Below are positions 8,860-18,015 of a stretch of 33,874 nt of DNA, one piece after another. The stretch is from NCBI GenBank assembly GCA_963712115.1, contig CAVQGX010000029.1:1-33874 (forward strand). Direction: 5' to 3'. A program made the translations under genes and the position numbers. The notes beneath the pieces were generated by a model. That model saw nothing but the letters and a program-made list of their open reading frames with translations, made no database searches and was not told the origin of the DNA. How positions within the stretch are numbered: the first letter of the stretch is position 1; each line of letters opens with the position of its first letter. The stretch is from an uncultured delta proteobacterium. Its GTDB lineage: Bacteria; Desulfobacterota; Syntrophobacteria; BM002.

Positions 8860-9906
8860 TTAGGCTGCACTGAGAAAGATGTCCATATCGAAAGCTTCCC
8901 TTCGCTTGAGCATGAAGTAGACAGCACGGCCGAGCTTGTGGGCTAAGATGCTCAGAGCTTTGCCCTTGCCGTGTTTTCTGACCAGACGCTTGTGATAGTG
9001 CTGGGCTCGTTGATTATCTATCAAAAAGCAAACAGCGGCTTCTGAGAATGTCCACTTGAGATGAACGTTGCCGATCTTTTTGTTTGTGGTGCCCTGCTTC
9101 TTTCCTGCCGACTCCCTGGGACATTTGACCAGACGACAGTAGGAGACAAAGTCCTGCACCTTGGGAAAGCGACTGATCTGGTGGATTTCGTACAGAAGCA
9201 TCAGAGCGAGAATCTTGCCAACTCCGGGAATCGTTTGCAGAAGATCCAATACCTCAGGGTTATGATCTCTGGCTGTTCTGAGAATATAGAGTTCAACATC
9301 CCTGAGCAGGCCATCATAGAAATCGAGTAACTGAAGGTCCACCTCGATGCTCTTGTTGGCACTGGGATCTGGAAAATGCTCTGCTACTCCTTGACGATTG
9401 CATCTGGAGGTGATTGCTTTGGGTAGTGGAGGAAGATTGTATTGACTGTTGGTGTTGTGAATGTGAGTGAGCAGCTCGGCGCGTTTGCGCTTGAGGTAGT
9501 TGCGCCGGCGCAGAAGATCCCGGGTGGAGCGCATCTGTCTAGGATAGACATAGGAAACGGGAAGTGTGCCTCCACGCAAAAGAATGGCAATCTTCTTGGA
9601 ATCGATCCTGTCGTTCTTGCTCTTGCCCCCATGGATGGCTTTCATGTAAAGAGCATGGCCCAGAACAAAGGGAATCGCCTCCTCGCTACACAGATCTGCC
9701 AGCCAGTACCACATGAATATGCACTCAACCGCAACAACGATGTCCTCACGGTACGGTGCAATGACTTTCAAGAATGATTCCGCTGAGGCTTTCCTGTTTC
9801 CGTGGAATAGAGTTTTGCCCGCCTGGTCCAGAATGCAAATGTACATGCTCCGGGCGTGAAGGTCGATTCCGCAGTAATACTTGTGCTGTTTGGTGTAAAA
9901 TCTCAT
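8860..9906 (-). CDS. IS110-family DEDD transposase/recombinase (ATG 9906, 348 aa)
   Basis: RuvC-like DEDD residues in GIDLH, AVEC and KNDRID; TIPGVG HhH motif; RESAGK serine loop; RBS AAGGAGG before ATG 9906. Confidence 0.95.
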   Translation of the reverse strand: MRFYTKQHKYYCGIDLHARSMYICILDQAGKTLFHGNRKASAESFLKVIAPYREDIVVAVECIFMWYWLADLCSEEAIPFVLGHALYMKAIHGGKSKNDRIDSKKIAILLRGGTLPVSYVYPRQMRSTRDLLRRRNYLKRKRAELLTHIHNTNSQYNLPPLPKAITSRCNRQGVAEHFPDPSANKSIEVDLQLLDFYDGLLRDVELYILRTARDHNPEVLDLLQTIPGVGKILALMLLYEIHQISRFPKVQDFVSYCRLVKCPRESAGKKQGTTNKKIGNVHLKWTFSEAAVCFLIDNQRAQHYHKRLVRKHGKGKALSILAHKLGRAVYFMLKRREAFDMDIFLSAA

Positions 9907-10339
9907 AGGGCTTCCTCCTTTGAGTGTAAGTGGTTTGTGGCGATAAACCACATATTACACTTCACTGGAGGAGGCCTTTATAAGTATCGCTTTAAATGTA
10001 ATCGACTTGAACAGGGTGTCAGATCCCTATGGTATCAGGTAAGCGAGACTCAAGATAAGAAGGGGAGATCTTAACTTATTGGTACTTCACAGGAATCAAG
10101 ATACATAGCAGCGATCTGCAATTTTGGAATAAAAGAATGATATGCAAAACTCAGTACTTTTTGAAGCTTTGCCCATATCGAAGGTGAGGAACACGTGCAG
10201 TGGGTAAGCTTAAAAGGACAAATTAGTAGGATCTCATTTATATAGCCTTACAATATCAGTAAGTTACAGATTAACAGGATCATCAGCTATGCAAGCAGAC
10301 ACAGGTATACGATTCCTTTTCCGTCCTCGCTCAACGCAT

Positions 10340-12226
10340 TCAACGTGCACTAGCAGGAGACTTGGCATAAGTTTGTAGAATTTGGAGTGGCCAATCTTTT
10401 GTCATTTCGTCTCGTGGATGAACCTGGAATGACACACCTTCTGGAGCCGGACTTACATATTCTATGGGAAAAGATGCAGGATCCAAGTTCAAAAGGTGCT
10501 GACCCGCAGAGACATTCGGAAAATGGTAACGACCACTGCTGTCGGTTTCAACAACAAAGCCCTCGTCGAGTCGCAACACTACCCCTCCCAGGGGTTTATC
10601 TTCCGGATCAAAAACTCCGTTACCATTCATGTCAACATAAACACGTCCTGTAAGATGTCCGACGCCTCTGGGTTTCGGGCCAGTAAATTTTCCAATGACA
10701 GGACTAGGTTCACCCCAATAGTGCCGCCGTTCGATGATGACGAAAAAATCGATAGTTGTGTGAGTCGTATCCGAGTCATTTCCTGACAATGCTCCAGATT
10801 CTATCGACAAAGAGCTTCGTTGTGCACGCAGCCTCGTTCGGAGTTGCCAACCGCCTGGAAGAGGACAGGTAATGTTTATTCCTCCTCCGTAGACTTCTGA
10901 TCGGTCATTTTCATTCCAGCCAACTCCATATTGAAGGAAACCGCCGCCCGTTAACCCCATTCCAGTAATTGTTCTCCCTTCCAGCCTGAAAAGCGCTGAG
11001 GTCTTATCACCTCTTGCATCTACTGTCTCATGTTCCAGACTTATTTTCCCACCAGCGTCCCAACTCCCTGCCTGGTAACTAGAACTCACTTCGCCAAGCC
11101 AACGGTAAGAATCATCACTCCCGGTGGAATTTTCGTATGGAGGATCATCAAACAACTGTATTGCCTGAAGTTGAAGTGAGTTGTCCCATTTCGACCGCCT
11201 GCGGCTGTAGCGAAAATTTTCCTGCAGTCTTGTTTGTTTACCTCCGGAATCGGTATCTTTATGAGAAAAATTCAGACTGCTACTCAATGTGTCCCTCAAA
11301 GTAGCACGATAGTAACCGCCGAGACTCCCGCGATATAGCCAGGAGTCTTGGTCGGACGCATCCAATCTTCCTCCGCTACCCTCTATATAATATCCATGCC
11401 GGACTCCACTAAATCTGTAAGTCCCAAAGAGTAACGATTCACCCCTAGGAAGCGAATTGGTCTTATTTAAATATTCAAAGTCCTCTGGCACGTGTAAAAA
11501 ACCAGCCTCCACATATTTCCGTTCGTTGGATCTGCGTATTCCTACTACACCAGCGAGTTGCTCACTAGCTGAATCGTACCAGCTAGCCCCTCTTATCTCA
11601 GCGAAGGGAAAAGGGAGACTCCCATAAAATGTTGCAAGCAACCGATCTTCATCATCTTCAGTCAAAAAATCCAAGGCACCGGAGAAGCGGCTTTTGCCGG
11701 GTCCCAGCAGTTCTAGATAGGTTCCCGCTAACTCTCCATCAACAGTATCCACAGCCCCAGGGATCAAGAAATCCCCTTCGGTGAATTTTCCTGCTTGCAC
11801 TCCCGCTCGCCCCCATTCAGTTCTTAGCTCCGTGCTAACACCTCTCAATGACTGACTTGGGAGACCGAGGTGTTCGAAAATAAGTAGCGGGGTAATAAAC
11901 TGCATATCACCGTCTCCCAAATAGGAATCCATTTCGTAGCCCGGGGCGATCCAGAGATCTTTCATGCCATAGCTAAGGTACCCCAGCTCAAATTGGTCTG
12001 TATCGTTATCCCGATAAAAGCCGATAAAATTGAAATGGTGATCGCCCCAATTTAGGGTGGGTTGGTAAAGAGTGGTCGTCAGGCCGAGGTAGTTTGTGCG
12101 GTCCTCATCCGTGAATACTCCTTCCTGGTATCCGCCAAAAGTGCCCCAATAAGCATCGCCCGTCTCGACTGCGAAAGAGAGTGCTGGATATAATAGAAAG
12201 AGAAGGCAAAAGAAGAATCTTTTCAA
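10340..12226 (-). CDS. Putative outer-membrane usher-like beta-barrel protein with a C-terminal SdrD-B/Cna-B-like domain
   Basis: Signal peptide (ALSFA), Gly/aromatic-rich amphipathic strands, C-terminal G.V..D.NGNGVFD..D.PLGGV...TD..G.Y.F.NV..G motif; last gene after the chaperone and subunits. Confidence 0.6.
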   Translation of the reverse strand: MKRFFFCLLFLLYPALSFAVETGDAYWGTFGGYQEGVFTDEDRTNYLGLTTTLYQPTLNWGDHHFNFIGFYRDNDTDQFELGYLSYGMKDLWIAPGYEMDSYLGDGDMQFITPLLIFEHLGLPSQSLRGVSTELRTEWGRAGVQAGKFTEGDFLIPGAVDTVDGELAGTYLELLGPGKSRFSGALDFLTEDDEDRLLATFYGSLPFPFAEIRGASWYDSASEQLAGVVGIRRSNERKYVEAGFLHVPEDFEYLNKTNSLPRGESLLFGTYRFSGVRHGYYIEGSGGRLDASDQDSWLYRGSLGGYYRATLRDTLSSSLNFSHKDTDSGGKQTRLQENFRYSRRRSKWDNSLQLQAIQLFDDPPYENSTGSDDSYRWLGEVSSSYQAGSWDAGGKISLEHETVDARGDKTSALFRLEGRTITGMGLTGGGFLQYGVGWNENDRSEVYGGGINITCPLPGGWQLRTRLRAQRSSLSIESGALSGNDSDTTHTTIDFFVIIERRHYWGEPSPVIGKFTGPKPRGVGHLTGRVYVDMNGNGVFDPEDKPLGGVVLRLDEGFVVETDSSGRYHFPNVSAGQHLLNLDPASFPIEYVSPAPEGVSFQVHPRDEMTKDWPLQILQTYAKSPASAR

Positions 12227-12244
12227 ATCTCACTCACTCTCCTT

Positions 12245-13084
12245 TTACAACTTACCCTTCTTCGGATTGTCAACTACCTGAAGCACTTTCATACTAACCT
12301 TACGTTCTCCTGCGCCGAGGTCAACATGTAGGGTAAGCTCCAGTTCTGAGCCTGGCGGCGGCTTTTCACCCTGAAATTCCAGGGGAATCCAGCGGATTTG
12401 CCCGGGTAGTAAGGGTAGACCCGGAACAATACCCTCGAATTTCATACTGGTGGAGCTGCGAGCAGAAAAAAAACCGTTCATCCGTAGATGTGCATTGCCC
12501 TGATTATGGACCTTCAACGCGGGCTGTTGCCCTTTTCCATCTAATGTTTTCCAGGCGGCTTCCAGAATCTTTCCATCAGGGCGGGCATTACCAACTCTTA
12601 CATAGATAGGGAGTGCCAAACGTCCGCGTATAAACACGGTGGCTGCACCGCTTTCTCCTTCTTGCTCAGCCTCGGGTGGTTGAAAGAAAAGGGCAACGAG
12701 GTAGCTACCTGAAGGAGTTTCTTCAGGTATTCGAATCGAAATCCGTACTGTTTTTCTCTGGCGGGGGTAGACTGTAACTTCTTGAGGATGAAAACGCACC
12801 CAGGATGCGGCCGAATTAGGCATAGTAGCAGGACTGTCAAAAACAGGAGCCCCAGCCTCATTCAGGGTCCAATACCCTGCGCTTATATCAACCTTTTGGA
12901 TCGCCCTCGTGCCACTCGTCAGGGTTACAACGTTTCGTAAAGTGTCACCGGGTTTGCCCTCAGCTTCCCACCGTACAGGGCTAATGCCAAGCGAAAATCC
13001 TGAATGGACCTTGGATGTAAAGGAAAAGGAGAGGATTATCAGACAAGGAAACAGTAAAATAAAAAGGCCAATACTTCTTTTCAC
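12245..13084 (-). CDS. Periplasmic pilus-chaperone-like protein (PapD/EcpB/DUF916-like)
   Basis: Signal peptide, ISPVR.E first strand, W..F.P...T..P.....VR..I..P and N.GNAH.R motifs of two-Ig-domain chaperones. Confidence 0.7.
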   Translation of the reverse strand: MKRSIGLFILLFPCLIILSFSFTSKVHSGFSLGISPVRWEAEGKPGDTLRNVVTLTSGTRAIQKVDISAGYWTLNEAGAPVFDSPATMPNSAASWVRFHPQEVTVYPRQRKTVRISIRIPEETPSGSYLVALFFQPPEAEQEGESGAATVFIRGRLALPIYVRVGNARPDGKILEAAWKTLDGKGQQPALKVHNQGNAHLRMNGFFSARSSTSMKFEGIVPGLPLLPGQIRWIPLEFQGEKPPPGSELELTLHVDLGAGERKVSMKVLQVVDNPKKGKL

Positions 13085-13521
13085 GGAATTTCCTCCAATA
13101 TTAGCATGATACGACCTCTGTAGTCACCGGCAGAGAGTGCACCGTCTCCAGCACGCCATATCAATCTACCTTCAAAGACTCGCCCATTTATGGGTCCCTC
13201 GCCAATAATCACCTTTTGGTTCGGAAGTAAGTTCCTACTGATAAAAGGTGGCCGTGCCGTCCATGAGAGAACCTCAGGCCTAAACGTTTTCCCGAACGAT
13301 TCAGGTGGGACGGTCACCTCTACTGACAAACGCCATCTGCTTCCCTGCAAAAGACCCGTATATATCCTTATTTGCAAGAAATCTACTGTGCTCTCAACCT
13401 GCTCAAGCCCAAGATCACTTATCTCTAGGTCAATGGTGCGAGGGAAGACTTGCAATGCCTGAGCACTAGCAAGTGATGGCAACAATAAAATCCCTAGCAA
13501 GGATAATACCAAACGAATCAT
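13081..13521 (-). CDS. Secreted minor pilin-like subunit
   Basis: Signal peptide (SLASA); C-terminal AGDYRGRIMLIL strand resembling the G.Y.G.V.YTL end of the upstream paralogs; overlaps both neighbours by 4 nt. Confidence 0.55.
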   Translation of the reverse strand: MIRLVLSLLGILLLPSLASAQALQVFPRTIDLEISDLGLEQVESTVDFLQIRIYTGLLQGSRWRLSVEVTVPPESFGKTFRPEVLSWTARPPFISRNLLPNQKVIIGEGPINGRVFEGRLIWRAGDGALSAGDYRGRIMLILEEIP

Positions 13522-14093
13522 GGTGAACTCAGAGTGTAGGTGACACGGCTCGTATATACGCCTGAAGGTACGTAGAGAATATTTCTATAATAGAAAGACA
13601 TCGCCGCCATAAAATTTGATGCTGAGGTAGCCATTATCACCTGATCAGCAGCACTGCTGAAATTCCCACTGGGCATGCCACCGGTTCCTACCCAACCAAT
13701 CTCTGAAAAAGGTATTGTGTTGCCGGCGCCATCCTCGAGAGGAGTCGAGGAGTCAGCAGTCAAGATCATCTGGCCAGAAAGAAAACGCGCTTTTGCTTGA
13801 ACCGGTACTGGATTTGGCCCGGACGAGACGCCTTGAACCTGTCCTGAACCTGGGAGTCCGGAAACACTAAACCTGACCACATCAATTTTACCGCCTGGAC
13901 TACCGATACGAAGTGAAAGGGAAAATTTTGATTGGATGCGGATATCTACTGGTGCTTGGGCTACAACTCGGCCCTGAGCTGCAAGTTCTGCTGAAAGGAT
14001 TATTAAAGATAACACAAGCATCAACGGCAGCAAAAACAGCCGGCCCATCAAACTAGCCAACAAATAGCCTCTCTTTTTCATGGCTAAATTCAC
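13518..14093 (-). CDS. Pilin-like subunit 3 (paralog)
   Basis: Signal peptide; LTADSS, IPFSEI.W and G.Y..RVTYTLSSP shared with its neighbours. Confidence 0.65.
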   Translation of the reverse strand: MNLAMKKRGYLLASLMGRLFLLPLMLVLSLIILSAELAAQGRVVAQAPVDIRIQSKFSLSLRIGSPGGKIDVVRFSVSGLPGSGQVQGVSSGPNPVPVQAKARFLSGQMILTADSSTPLEDGAGNTIPFSEIGWVGTGGMPSGNFSSAADQVIMATSASNFMAAMSFYYRNILYVPSGVYTSRVTYTLSSP

Positions 14094-14674
14094 TAGGGTG
14101 AACTCAAGGTATAAGTAACTGTTCCAGCATAAGTGCCAGCTGGATAGTATGTGTCATTATTATAAAAAAATTCATATTTTCCGCAACGAGAGCCGGAGCC
14201 TTTGAACTGATCTAGCTGTTGGCTTAGCTCGTTGTCAAAAACATTACCCATAAAATCACCAGTGGCAGTCCATGAAACCTGATCGAATCGAATCGCGCTT
14301 ATCCCACTAGTCAGCGCTGTTGAAGAGTCGGCAATTAAATTTATAATCTGACCCGGAGGTACGACGGCTGTGGCTCTAACAGGGACAGAACTGCCTCCAG
14401 AAGAACTTCCCGACACAGCTCCTGTTCCAGGTAGATCATTGACAACGAATTCTATACTTTCAACTTCAGACTCTGTGTCTCCTAATTGTAGAAACAGTAT
14501 CGTCTGGATTTGAATTTTAAAATCCAGATCCACCGAACAAGCGCCACCTCCTGGGGCTCTGTCGCTTCCAGCACCAACTGAGTCTACGTAAGAAAATATT
14601 GCAGCAATAACGAAGAATAATAGGGTCTTAACCCTTAAATTCCTAAGCATAATCATGCCTACAGAGCATAACAT
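14093..14674 (-). CDS. Pilin-like subunit 2 (paralog, extra Cys pair)
   Basis: Clearly similar to 14871-15425 (LDF.IQI.TIL.LQ.G, DLPGTG.V.G.SSG, NDTYYPA.TY.GTVTYTLSSP). Confidence 0.65.
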   Translation of the reverse strand: MLCSVGMIMLRNLRVKTLLFFVIAAIFSYVDSVGAGSDRAPGGGACSVDLDFKIQIQTILFLQLGDTESEVESIEFVVNDLPGTGAVSGSSSGGSSVPVRATAVVPPGQIINLIADSSTALTSGISAIRFDQVSWTATGDFMGNVFDNELSQQLDQFKGSGSRCGKYEFFYNNDTYYPAGTYAGTVTYTLSSP

Positions 14675-14715
14675 ACTTCCTGCCGGCTATCGAATGAGGA
14701 GTTAAGAGTGACACA

Positions 14716-14731
14716 AGCAGGATGTATGCCA
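14716..14731 (-). promoter_or_regulatory. Putative sigma54 (-24/-12) promoter for the minor subunit, chaperone and usher genes
   Basis: TGGCATACATCCTGCT, exact GG-N10-GC spacing, downstream of the terminator. Confidence 0.6.
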
Positions 14732-14794
14732 CCTTTTCAGACAAGGACGCACATCCAGTTCATTAGATGAGCTTGCCATAGAAGGATCCCGTGC

Positions 14795-14823
14795 AAAAAA
14801 AAGGCCGGCAGAATCAGCCGGCC
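14795..14823 (-). terminator. Rho-independent terminator after the major pilin-like gene
   Basis: GGCCGGC-7 nt-GCCGGCC followed by T8 on the minus strand. Confidence 0.85.
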
Positions 14824-14870
14824 CTAAGTTGTCAACTACAGAGATTTTTTTCTTTTAATAGATTAATAGC

Positions 14871-15425
14871 TTACGGTGAACTCAAAGTGTAAGTGACTGT
14901 TCCGGTATAAGTGCTAGCCGGATAGTAGGTGTCGTTATCGTAAGAGAATGCATAGGTTCCAGTTCGATTGCCGGGGCCCGAAAATTGATCCAGTTGCTGA
15001 GCGGCACTATTGTCGAAAGCACCACCTGAGAAATTGCCGGTAGCAGTCCATGAAATCTCAGCGAACGGAATATTAGTTGTTCCATCTGACAGTGCACTTG
15101 AAGAGTCTGCGGTTAAGGTCATAGTGCTACTTGCACCAACAAAGCCTGCAGCCCTCACCGGTACAGGGTTAGCACCAGAGGAAGTCCCGACCACTGGACC
15201 CGTCCCAGGCAAGTCTCCTACATTAAATGTAATAGTATCTACTGCCGCCCCAATGGTTCCAACCTGCAATAATAAGATCGTTGGAATTTGGATAGCAAAA
15301 TCTAGCCTGGCTTGCGCAGATCCTCCACCAGTCACTAAATCACTCTCGGCATTGGCATGGCCAACATGGCAAAACAGAAAAACAACCAAAAGTCCTAATG
15401 TAAGTAATTTGCTAGTTTTCTTCAT
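14871..15425 (-). CDS. Putative major pilin-like subunit (ATG 15425, 184 aa; ORF track extends it to 15566)
   Basis: RBS GGGAGG, Sec signal peptide ending ANA, alternating-hydrophobic N-terminal strand (ARLDFAIQI), C-terminal YTGTVTYTLSSP; Thr/Ser/Gly/Ala rich. Confidence 0.7.
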   Translation of the reverse strand: MKKTSKLLTLGLLVVFLFCHVGHANAESDLVTGGGSAQARLDFAIQIPTILLLQVGTIGAAVDTITFNVGDLPGTGPVVGTSSGANPVPVRAAGFVGASSTMTLTADSSSALSDGTTNIPFAEISWTATGNFSGGAFDNSAAQQLDQFSGPGNRTGTYAFSYDNDTYYPASTYTGTVTYTLSSP

Positions 15426-15533
15426 GATGAATTTCCTCCCCTCAAATTGAAATTTTTGTAACTCTCTCTTCTCAATAAATGGTTTTCCAAAACGTTGCCT
15501 CACAGTTTCATTTCTCTTTGGGGGGCGGTATTT

Positions 15534-15550
15534 AGCAGATGTGATGCCAA
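15534..15550 (-). promoter_or_regulatory. Putative sigma54 (-24/-12) promoter of the major subunit gene
   Basis: TTGGCATCACATCTGCT, GG-N10-GC; imperfect palindrome AAATTTGGCC-AAAT-GGCCAATTT at 15631-15653 is a candidate activator site. Confidence 0.65.
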
Positions 15551-16764
15551 AAGATATAAAAATCAAAAACTGATTATATTCCAGTAACTTATCAAAATAC
15601 TTTACTAGGAAGCCATCAGGTTAAATCGCAAAATTTGGCCAAATGGCCAATTTGAATTTTGCCAGAATACCAAGGGGAGGACCTTTTGCGTGGCAAATGT
15701 CAGAAGGGCTTTAGTCACTTGGAGTATTGGAATTGCTCGGGACTTCTGAACCAAATATTATTGGAATGTTGGGCGTGTTGATAGGTTGGGATACAAATGA
15801 CTTAATAGAGGATCCGAAATGTGAGACTCTTCATTTTCTATCTATGCACCACTGGCAAACAGCACCACAGTACTCTTCCTATACCCGGTCTTAACCAAAC
15901 CTAGTTATTGCGGTCGCATTTGAAAACGGGGTTAGTGCTAATGACAAGGTTTCATGACATAATTTAGGACTATGTGCAATAGGTTGCCAGATTCAGTTAT
16001 TATCTGTCATCATTACAATCAGAACACTCTGCATAATTGTTGTTGAGTAGCGCACCAGATCAGAGGTGGGCAAGCTAGAAGACATTTCAACACCTTGAGA
16101 CTCCTCAAGCTGCAGAAAGATCCCCAAGATGCTGAGATAGATTGTCTCCAATTGATATTTCACATCTCTTGCCAGTATGTGAACTCGACCAGAACTGAAG
16201 GTATGAGAAGGAGATGTGACTTTTCTTGGTGATGAGATACGTAAAGGTATTTCGATCATTATCGAAGTTTGTATTACATCCCTTAATTCACACTTTCAGC
16301 TCTGGGAAGCACACTACCACATGTTGGGGCAAGTCAGAAGGCGGGAAAAGTGGGGAGTATGTTATATCAAGTTTCATATCGCTTTGATCGGGCTTAGCCT
16401 CATAACACTATATTTTCATCTCCTTGCTGCCATACAGACAGGGAGAAACCTCAAAAGGAAACCTAGGAGTCTGTCGGAGTACCTCTTTATTGGACACTTG
16501 GTGGTCATCGTGGCCCTAATGGGACCCTAAAACGGCGAATGGAGTGGTCAACGTTAGTCAGAATGCCAGTGCGACTGAACCTTGCGTCCCTATTTTTCCA
16601 TTGAGAGCTAGCTAGTCCGACACACTCCTAGCTAAAAAGTAGGGCTAGGTAATAAACGCCTTAAAATGGACAAACTTATACTAATACTTGAAATTGTTTG
16701 CTTTTTTGGTAGATCTGGGCGGTGAGGATATCCATGGCAAGATTATTGCCATCTGAGAAAGATT

Positions 16765-17523
16765 TCAAAAGAGACATATTCCTTTTCCAATAATCGGCTT
16801 CACAAGCATAGGTCGCCAGAATAACCTCAATCTTCCTTTACGCTTGATTTCCAGTAGTGCAAGAAAGTATTCACCGTCCTTATGGACACCTTCGGAAGCA
16901 ACACGAAGAGGTAAGGGGGAATCAAACACTATTCTCTCACCATCATTTTCTCTGGCATACGAAGGATTTGTCCAATGGGCAATCTTTCGGTTGCCTGGCC
17001 ATTCGGTATTAGCCTGCTCAGTTGGGTGATTGGAGGGATTTATGTCAACTCTTGTCCCCTGCACTGGTTCCCAATAGGGTTCAATCCATCTTTGCCAAAT
17101 ATCTGAATGTTCTTTTAAAGGGTTTGTGTCATCACCGGGAGGAAATCGGACAGTATCAGGTAGTCCAACGGGCGGACGATATAATATGGTATCGTCTGTT
17201 ACAGAGGATTTCGGTTTGAATAACGAAAGTTGAATCCAATGGGGTTGCTTGTCTGGATTTACTTCCATCAAATTCCACTTGATAACCACGTTTCCAAAGT
17301 CAACGCTAATTTTTGATGGCGGATATGCGGGGAGAAGCTTGCTACCCTCGCTTACGTAAATAGGGTTTTCTCTTCCGTGAGTAATGGTAAAGTTCAAATC
17401 TGATTCTATCGTTGAAAAGGGAGTTTGTTGCGCATAAGCCACATCCAGCAAGCTCTTCCCTGTGCAAAATCCTATCAATACCATGCCACTTGTTTTAATA
17501 AATGAACGCCGTGTAATTCTCAT
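16765..17523 (-). CDS. Tat-exported protein of unknown function (ATG 17523, 252 aa)
   Basis: RBS AAGGAGG; MRITRRSFIK twin-arginine signal with AYA cleavage site. Confidence 0.7.
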   Translation of the reverse strand: MRITRRSFIKTSGMVLIGFCTGKSLLDVAYAQQTPFSTIESDLNFTITHGRENPIYVSEGSKLLPAYPPSKISVDFGNVVIKWNLMEVNPDKQPHWIQLSLFKPKSSVTDDTILYRPPVGLPDTVRFPPGDDTNPLKEHSDIWQRWIEPYWEPVQGTRVDINPSNHPTEQANTEWPGNRKIAHWTNPSYARENDGERIVFDSPLPLRVASEGVHKDGEYFLALLEIKRKGRLRLFWRPMLVKPIIGKGICLF

Positions 17524-18015
17524 AGATGCCTCCTTGTTGCAATACATGTTCGATTGAGTTTCATCATTCAGGCCCTGAGGGCATGCTAGAGTTGAAATTA
17601 CAGTAACCGCCAAAGATTTCTTACACCGTTAAGACATCCCATGGCATCATGCCCCGGATACTTTTGGCCAAAGGTTCTCTCGGAAGATAAATACAGGGAT
17701 TCTGAACTGGAGTTCTTAAGATGACTCAGGTTCGTGCACAAATGGGCTTGGGAATAGAATCACTTGAGAATGCGCTAGAATAGTAGACTCAACTGCTTAC
17801 AAACTACAGCAATGATTGACTTATGTAAACAAGAAAACAAACATTTTCTAGGTAGTCGGCTAGATCTATAAAGGGGTAGCGCAAACTGTGGATGACATCC
17901 CTTAATCTAAACTTTATTCCTCTGTAACCAAGGCACAAAATATTGAGTATAACCTTCTCAAAAAATTGCACCAATGCAGTGTAGTTAGGCAAATACAGTT
18001 TTTGAAACTTTATTT

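Larger units (their letters stand above)
8401..9990 (-). mobile_element. Complete IS110-family insertion sequence of IS1111 type (short left end, long right end, subterminal IRs)
   Basis: Subterminal IRs AAGGCCTCCTC (8408-8418) and GAGGAGGCCTT (9968-9978); CGC core at both ends (8401-8403, 9988-9990); TTGACA at the right end and GATACT at the left end would join into a circle-junction promoter. Confidence 0.88.

Noticed and set aside
8390-10001. Empty IS target as a dif or attC site
   Set aside because: Palindromic, but arm sequences and spacing do not fit XerC/D dif or attC consensus, and there is no integrase or cassette array nearby.
10173-10184. CCATATCGAAGG matching ncRNA module 2
   Set aside because: It matches the left guide plus scaffold but not the predicted right half (TTACTG); probably chance.
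15993-16530. ORFs 15993-16259 (-) and 16216-16530 (+)
   Set aside because: Overlapping, non-ATG starts and no motifs; likely spurious or decayed DNA.
16765-16767. TGA stop of the Tat protein as another Sec codon
   Set aside because: Read-through adds only a short featureless tail, and I saw no convincing SECIS; treated as an ordinary stop.
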